From contig CM022665.1 of the NCBI GenBank assembly GCA_012295275.1, forward strand, positions 5,828,001 through 5,892,000: 64,000 nucleotides of DNA, given 5' to 3'. The first letter of the stretch is position 1. Each line of letters starts with the position of its first letter. Below, one piece after another: positions 55,075 to 64,000 of this stretch. Made by a program: the position numbers and the translations under genes. Source of the DNA: Chrysomallon squamiferum (lineage: Eukaryota; Animalia; Mollusca). The notes below the pieces were generated by a model. That model saw only the letters and a program-made list of their open reading frames with translations. It searched no databases and was not told the DNA's origin.

Positions 55075-57122
55075 ATGCATGGGCGTACGACTCAAAAGGT
55101 AAGGAGGGTCAGCTGAATCCCAGATTGGGACAAAACAGGGGGAATCATTCTGTGCAAAGCAAGAAGAAATTGGTATTTGTGTAAAATTTGAGATAAATTA
55201 TCCGCTCTGGCCTTTTTAACCATGGTATATCTCCACATACCTTTGTGAGTGTGTGATGAAAACATCTGTATAAGTGTATGACTGGCTGTTTTAATACTAG
55301 GACAGATAATTTTATAATATAAACATTTAAAAAGGGATCTTTTTTTTTTTAAGTAGCCCCATCGTTATTCATTTGAAGTCGGCTTAAGGCAGAATCTCTG
55401 ATATTTTAACTTTTTTACGTTCCATTTCATTTCGCTTCCTTCTGATTTTTTTTTTTTCTTCTTCTTCTTTCTTTCTCTTTCAAAATATTATATTAGTTTT
55501 ATTCTACGCAATAAAAACAAATGATTAGTTCTTGGAGAGGACATAAAAAGGAAAGTGTAAATATTAGATATTTAAAATAAAGGTAAAAATTTCATTTTGT
55601 TTCTGTTGCCGGATGTGTTCATGTTATCATAGAAAGTGTAAAAAAAAAAAAAAAAAAAATGTCAGAAAACCATGCATAAACACTGTTTTAATTCAACATA
55701 AAACGTATGGGAAAGAAAACATCTGCTCAAAAATGTAAATCGATGGCGAATGAAGTCCATTCTTGTCTGGCCAGAATAAAAATCGAAAAAAAGATTTCTA
55801 CGTAGATTTGCACCAGGAGGCCACAGAGACTGCATGTGAACTGTGCCATTTCCCGCTGTTTACTTTTTTTTTTGCCAATAGAAAACGATTTCAAAATTTG
55901 AATTTAGTAATTTATCAATACCGCAGTGTCTGTGATATAACAGTAATAGTTATGCTATTTGATTGTGGAATTATTCTCTAAACTGGTTCTGAAAGATTGG
56001 CTTAGATACTACTCAATGATGGGACATTGAATGATCTTTTAATTGACTTAAAATGCAAAAAGAAAGTCATCTCACTGATCTTTGTCTAGATGTTTTAATT
56101 AGTCAGGTTTCCAAGCTGTGATCAGTTGCCTAGTATTCTGTTGATATAGCATGCCAAACGTCCACTTTTAGTTATTGTGTTATTCTAAGGACATGTAAAG
56201 AAACACAAATTACTGTATTTATTTTGTATTATTATCTAAACTTGTAGTGAAAGACACTGAATCGGCTAAGAGTCAAGCGATTTACCAAATATGTAACTTT
56301 CTTTTAAGTTACAACGTTTCAGACTATGATGATAATTTTACGTTATTCTCCGAGCATGTAATAATCGCTCGCAAAGTAGAAAACGACAGTAATTAATATC
56401 ATTGTCTATACCATAACGTAAAAACAAATTTTTGTTTATACATGAAGTGAAACACTCATTTCGATATTCAAAGTGTCAAATGATGATGTCTTTCAATGTT
56501 ATTGTCTGAACACGAGGTTCGTCACACACAGAATGCAAAGGGTTAAACGATGGTGTCCACATCATAATCATTATTCAAATACATGTACGTTGCTGAATGT
56601 TTTAGTCACACTGGAATGGGCAAAAATGGTGCTCTGAATGAATAGCTGCCAAATAATCGGAAGGAAATTCATCAGATATTCTTTGGCAGATTTTCTTTTT
56701 GTAAGTGAACATAATTTAAGCCTTTGAACATGTTCTCCACAACAACTTAAAGTATGATATTATATATATATATATATATATATAATAAACCATTAAGAAA
56801 AAACATTACTGTTTTTGAGTTCATACCTGAAGATTTGTTATGGCCCACAAATGAAGGTTTCTGAAATTTTCTAATAAACATAAACTTTTTTCTTTTCTTT
56901 ATTGATTAATAAGGTCATAAAAGAAAGGCATGTTGGATGGAATCTGCCGATTATCATAATTATAGTCCATACCGCACTGTTATTATATGCTGAGAAGAAT
57001 TATGGCGACATTAATAATTATGTCTATTTTAAAACTGTTAAGAGCAGTGTAATCAAAGTGATTTTTTTTTATCTCTCCTACATATAGTTTTTTATAAGTA
57101 CATATTAATTATTCTCTTAAGA

Positions 57123-57206
<84 letters not shown>

Positions 57207-58156
57207 AAGCATTTGGTATACATCAACCAACAGTAAATTAATAAATAATATATATATATACAATCTAAAAGTTATTATTAACTATTATTAAATCTTTTTC
57301 AAGTCGCAAAATAAAAAACGATCTAAAGGAAATCCATAAACAAAATAGATTACTCTCAGAAATATTTACAAGAGACAGCATGAAACTTGATGTTTTAAGT
57401 CTGATGGGCAAAATCACAAGAGAAATCTCAATAAACTAATTGGAAACATCTTCAGTCTTTCCTTTTTGTGTTTGCTTTGTGCACCGTTCAGGTTGACCAA
57501 GCGGATTAGCAAAAGACAGCTAAAAAATTGGCTTTAGATTCGAATTTAAACGTTTTCTTTACTCAGGGAGGTTTGTTTTCCAACTCCTGCCCTAATCCTC
57601 GGTTTGCATGCCAGTGGCATTTTCCGCAAATATTTTACGAATTGATTAAATGTCGCGATCGGCTGCAAATCAGTACAAAGGAACTGGCAGATGATAAAGT
57701 AATTCCGATTAGCGTGTTTACATCTGGAGATGGAGAAATGGAATAGGGCCAAACTAAACACGAGTGACACTTGAGGAACAATTAACCCGAGGGTTTCTTC
57801 CGCAGACACGAAAAAGTCCCACTGGAGTTGAAAACTTCAGATTCCAAATTCTGTTCTCGTCAATAATTAAGAAATGAGTCCCCATCCGAACATGGCTTTT
57901 GATTTGAGATAACGCTCAAAAATCCTTAGTTTGTCTGAGATGCATCCAGGCATTTGTACATGTCCCGGCGCAAGGATGATTCAACTGGTTACATAGCGAT
58001 TATTCGAGAAGGCAAACCGAGTGAAATTCAGTTTAAATGAGAAAATGCGGTGTAGAAGTTCCGAACGTATAAATAAAACTGTTAAAAATAGAAGGTGAAT
58101 TTGATTCATAAATACGTTACAAGGATGCAAAATCAATAATACATTGTTATTTTTTC

Positions 58157-58195
<39 letters not shown>

Positions 58196-61100
58196 GATAT
58201 ATGATTTGTCTGAATATTTTACAGTTAATGAAAAGAAATAAAAGTGAAGTGTTGCTGTAGTTTTACCAAAAAAAAAAAATTAATAATAATAAATATATAA
58301 ATAAAAAAAATACATTCTAAATAGCTCCATTATTTTTCATTAACGACATTTTTTTTTTTTTTTTTTTTTTTTTTAATAATAAAGTTTCAGAATAAAATAA
58401 CAAATCTTCAGGAAACAGAGCTGTCATTAGTGACTTCTTTTCACGTACATTGATTTCATACATCTAACAAGCAATAATTTATTTTTTTTTTTATTTAATA
58501 AAGAAATAATGATAATTGTATTTTGTATTACTCAGAAACATCCAGTCAACACCGAGTTCTAGATCTGAAACGTAATGGTAGTAAAATTATCCCATTTAGG
58601 GTGTCACAATCCAAAACAAAACAAAAATACTACACCTCAAGTGCAACAACTATTAGCAATAAAATATATTCAACTATGTTTCCCTTTTATATACAAAGTT
58701 ATTTGAGAGACCATCTGTACTAAGCCTCGCGATTAGGAATTAGTTTCCAGGCCACTGAGGAATGTATTAATAATTATGTACCTCTTACATTCTTAATGGC
58801 CAACCGTCTTTTAAACGACTGGTTCCTCTTTATTACTCCGTTCCGGATGTCATTACGCCAAGAGCGCGTTCTGTTCCTGCGCAGTAACTCTTATTTCCTG
58901 GAGACGTGGTTGTAATCTCTAAATGGGGGACAAACTTTTATTGATGTCCGTCAAATTGTGGGGAATAAAGCTTTTGATTGATGAAAGGATTACAGACAGT
59001 GATGTGTCTCTGGTGTGCGGTAGCATTAATCCGTGTTGTCTCACTGATTAAAACTCGGATTTTTTTTTTTAGATCATAAAATTGTAGCGTAGTTCATGGA
59101 AGCAAAACACTGAGACACTTTTGAATGGCTAAAACAAGACGTAAAATAAAATTTTACTTTTTCATTTCGTGGACATGAAAGCTTATGATTGTTACTGTAA
59201 TAGCTGATGTAATGGATTTTACAGTTTCAACTGTGTTTAATGATAGAAATACCTTGAACTGGTTTCTCTTGAAGTATGGAGTTTATTTATTTTATTTTTT
59301 TCTTACTTTTTGAAATTTCTTTTTCTTTCATTCTTTCATTCTTTTCTTTATTGAATATTTGTTCTTCTCTTTTTATTGTTGTTACTTCAAATGAACTTTT
59401 TCAGATGTTCGATATTGCGCTAGAATCAAAACACATGGCGTATTCTAATTAATGTAAAATACATACGCACAAAGAACCATAAAATAATTTTGTAATTGGT
59501 TTAATATCTGCAGCATGTTAGTGCATATTATAATCAATTTTCGAAATGATTCAATTCACTTAGATTGAATAGAAGGAACATTAATAAACAAAACACGCGG
59601 AATATTGGATTCACTGATTATCTCCAAATATCAAGTCACCTATCTAAAGAAAAAAAAAATCTAATAAAAAGTATTCATTGTTTTACAAACTAACGAATGT
59701 TTCTGATATTGTATAAGTGCACAGATAAAGCCCCGAGCTAAATAAGCATTAATATAAAAAAAAAACTGTGTAAATCCCACTTGACCGCCCACACGAAATC
59801 ATTGCATTACTTTGTTATTATATAGATTTAAAACTGAATATTATATTTCTATCTCCAAAAATAGCTAATTCACCTCAGTTTTTTTTTTTATTAAAGATGT
59901 GTTTTTTTTTTTTGTTTTTTCAGTTTAAAACGATGTTTAAAATACATTTTAGTAAGAAGGCAAATTTTTATCTAACTACCGTTTTGTTAATTCGTTGAGC
60001 ATTGGTTAGAACGAGAAAACGATCCCGAAGGTGCACCATAGAGAATAGCAACTTTTCACAACAGTAATATATATATTTTTTTTATTTTTTCAATTAATTA
60101 ATGCTTTAAGTAAGAAATTATTTATCATGAATCTGTAAGAAGCGAACTGAGAATTCGGTATCGGTGGATACAGCTTTTGGCAACTCGGCGGAATGAGACA
60201 GAGATCACTTACAAGAAACCATCTTCTTCGGCGAACACAAGGAGGAAATAGAATTAAAAATGCATATTTTTTTCCTCTGATTTGAGGAGAAAATCAATCA
60301 ACCAATTTATAACATAGTGATAGTCTTTCACCTTGAAGATTTCTTCTGCAAGAAATATTGACGAACCATGATGGATGTGGCCGTAAGAGTTATGAACGGC
60401 GATAAAGTTGCTGACTCGGTCAGTTAGGATCAAAGGCTTAGATCGGGCGAGCCGAGCTGGTGCCGAAGTGACGTGTATAGACGGAAAATACAATTCCCAG
60501 TAGTTAACAACTGGGATTCGGTTGCGGCAATCGTGCTATGTTAAATGTCATGCGTGCTGGCAGGCTGGTGCGCCCAAAACCTGCTCTAATTATATAAGAA
60601 TCGTTACATGTATTGATGAGTGGTTTTAATTTTTTTTTTTTTTTTTCTCTCTCTCTCCAAAGAAATTAATAGTTTTTTATTGCTTGATTTTATAGACGGC
60701 ATTTCATTGTCAAGCCTATTTGATTATGGTGATCTGCTTATCTGCCTTTTCCAGTGCAAGGGATTTTTCTATTTGTGTCGTAATAAAAACAGTTTCAGTT
60801 TGATATTGAATAATAATTATGTGAATTGTCTGTATGCGCTTGCTATGTACGTATGAGTGTTTGCATGCGTGCTAACACGCCATAATCTTCAACACGTTTT
60901 AGTTTTGATTTCTTGTCAAACGATCTGCAAATGAGAATTGATTGATTGTACTTTTTTTGTTCACCGTTTCCGAAATAAATATACAGAGGCCTCTGCGATC
61001 TCATCTCATCTTTTAAATGTTTTTTCTTGAAAAAAAGAAAATTTTAACTATGATAAATTTGAGCACTATTCTTTTTTCAAAAGATAATATTCATAATCTG

Positions 61101-61553
61101 TTTTAACCAAACCGTATTTTGTACCTATGGCATTGCTTATCAGCGCTTTTTCACGCGATATTTCAACGAACAATTAGATTAAAAGAATACAAATGTTCTT
61201 AAATATTTCAAGTACTTCTTGACGCCTTTGATCGTTGATCAAGATATCTCTACAAAGGTCGTATAATCTAGCTTTGCGTGAACTGACCTCCAGGCAGAAA
61301 TAACCACCAGTGCTACCCTGAAGCTGGAGTTTGGTGTCAAGTAGGTCACTCAAGGCTGCTGTCGGGAAGCTGCGATCTGCAGAAGTGATACTGAACGGGG
61401 GTAATTCGATATATTAGCAGAAGTATCGGGCATGTCTCGCTGGAGGTAATTATTAGGAATCTGTCTTTATGTGGAATCTTATTGATTCATAACACTTCAT
61501 TTATCATTTAAATCCATCAGGTACTGGAGTTGAAATCAACGCAAGCCTTTTTG

Positions 61554-61604
<51 letters not shown>

Positions 61605-61814
61605 ATATTATGTCATTAAAGGCATTTGTGCTCATTACTCGCGGAATGACGAATACATGAAAGAGAAAATGAAGGTGTATCATAGTTCTGTCATAGACGT
61701 GTCACAGGTCGTTAATGTGCGATTTCACTACATTAAACTAATTGCATATTTTCATATAATCACAGTGTGAAAATGCTTTTGATAATTCCAAATTCACAAT
61801 CACGTTTAAAGAGT

Positions 61815-61877
<63 letters not shown>

Positions 61878-62837
61878 TTAAAAATGTAAATGAAAGGACT
61901 ACACTTCTCTCACTCTTGTGTATTTACCACATTAAAACAATTATTATCTGGTTATTAATTTGCCCTTTACTGAAGCATTGATATTAAACATATTTTAAAC
62001 GAGAAAAAAACTCAACAGTGTGATGGTGCACTGAAAGAAATGTATTAAAAAGAAAATTCAGAAAACAATGCTTTCAACCTAGATATTAGCAATGTTTGTT
62101 TAGTGTTTGGTGTCCATTTGTAAGCAGACACCATTGTAATTAAGCGAGAAGGAAAATAACGTAATGTTTCCTTGGAACAAATAAAGGATTCAGATTGCAA
62201 ATGTATACGCACTCTAAGCACGGAGAAAATCCCTTCTGTCTTTGAGCAAGAAAAGTTGCGAGTTTCCGATTACCTTACTGATTTAGTCAGTAATGTTCAT
62301 TGGTTTAAAGTTATGTCTGGAAGAAAACTATGACAGCAGTACTGAAGATCTGAAAGACATGCAATTGACAAGTCAATTTTACATCGCGTACTTCAATTAG
62401 TAATTGTTTTTTACCTCGTAGACGCCATTTTCCCGATTAGGTTCAAGGTTACAAGTTTTACTGCTAAGTGAGTCGGGGAGTACTAATGTTATGCACTTAT
62501 AGGTAAGTTAGTTTTGTTACAGGTTACTACCATTTAGACTGCTTAGCCTTTCGTCTGAAGACAATAAAAATCAAATTTTTTTAGTCGTACAAGATTTGTT
62601 TTTAAAAATAGCTAATTTATTACTGATCTTTTTATTTTATTTATATATGTATATACAGTGTATATTAAATGATACTAAAATAATATTTAATAACATTAAG
62701 ATATAACGTCTTTTTAAATTACGTAACACTAAGTTTTAAAATATTTCAAAATTAAATTAAATTAAATAGAAATAAATTATTTAAATGAACGTAAATCTCG
62801 GTGCGCTTAATTCAGATACAGTTTGAAAAAAAAAAAA

Positions 62838-62880
<43 letters not shown>

Positions 62881-63584
62881 TATTGAAGAAAAGAAAGTCG
62901 CAAGATATTTACTGATAACGAGATATCGAGACGAAGTTTGCTAATTAAACTTCTTTCACTTAAAAGTAAAAATCAATCACTTCTTTCCTTAAGTTTCTTT
63001 TGAACTGCCTAACTGCTTTACAATCTGAGGCAAAGAATTTAATAAACGCCAAGACGATGCATCTCCAACAGTATGGCGGATGTCAGGTCCGGGGTGAAAA
63101 AAACAAACATGAAAAGCATCTAGCAGACCATTAAAATCGTCTGCTTTTACATGTCTCTCGAGTTGCTTGATATTTGAAAAATAATCAAACACTACGATTC
63201 ATGGAAGTATCGCATACAAGAGCTGTCGAATTTGAAATCAATCTAAGCTTACAGCTTTCTCGGCACACTGCAGTGCACCACTTGCTCTGGCGCAATAAAA
63301 TTATCAAAGTACTTTAAGAGATTTTGAAGTCTTTTTAATGAAGTTGTTTCTGAAGTTCTCCATCATCTTATTAGTTAATGGCATGTTGTTGTTTTTTTTT
63401 GTTTGTTGTTTTTTTATTGCTGTTGTTGTGGTGGTGGTGGTGGTGGTGTTTTTGTTTAAGACCGCAAATATTACTTCACAGTAATGGACATCGTTCTTTC
63501 AAATTTTCGACTGCCGTCATTTTTTGCAAGTTATTACGTTTGTTTTCCAAATGCATTTTTTGGTGGGGGGTGGGGTTGGCTATT

Positions 63585-63616
<32 letters not shown>

Positions 63617-64000
63617 CAAAAGCCTTTCAAAGCATTACTTCACGACTGAGCTACCCGTTACTGTACCTACCACAACTATTTTTTATTATTTAAATATGTT
63701 ACAAGAGTCTGCTTTTTCAATGTATCCTCCAGTTTAAACGTGAATATGAAAACCAATATCTACACGAACGACCTGAGCATATTTAACATATGTAGAGCCG
63801 AATCATTTTTTTTTTTTTAAATTATATATTTTTTCTTTTACTTGATAAACGTTAGCAGCGCATCATTGCAAACAATTTATTATTTTTTTTATTGCAACAT
63901 TGTAACTTTTTCATGTTAAGAAATAAAACCTAAAAAAAAATTACTTAAAAGTGGTTTTTACTTCTTTTTTTTGCACAAACCAATGAATAAGTTTATTATT

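Noticed and set aside
55079-55245. MITE beginning CATGGGCGTACG (similar weak starts near 8470, 16330 and 17617)
   Set aside because: Partner end and target duplication are too degraded to support boundaries.

Overview
AT-rich, microsatellite-dense animal genomic DNA; a lophotrochozoan or mollusc origin is inferred from repeat types, not proven. The only recognisable protein-coding gene is a minus-strand A-type (M1/M3/M5-like) muscarinic acetylcholine receptor of about 812 aa. It has one large exon (12343-9953, ATG at 12215, TM1-TM6) and a short last coding exon missed by the ORF track (7484-7309, TM7 plus tail), joined by a phase-1 GT-AG intron. A CpG-rich island at about 31.55-32.15 kb is a plausible promoter and non-coding first exon. 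The rest is intronic or intergenic: a decayed Ginger1-type DNA transposon (47337-48749, CCGG target duplication, integrase zinc-finger relic), hAT-like MITEs, minisatellites, a local duplication and many microsatellites. The most intriguing, unproven observation is a ~2.6 kb 43-bp satellite (33.0-35.7 kb). Its best-conserved part is a perfect K-box / miR-2-family 8mer site with extra in-register complementarity, and it is bracketed by plus-strand splice signals next to the candidate promoter. This suggests a divergent miR-2 sponge RNA. All calls were made by eye; no searches were run.
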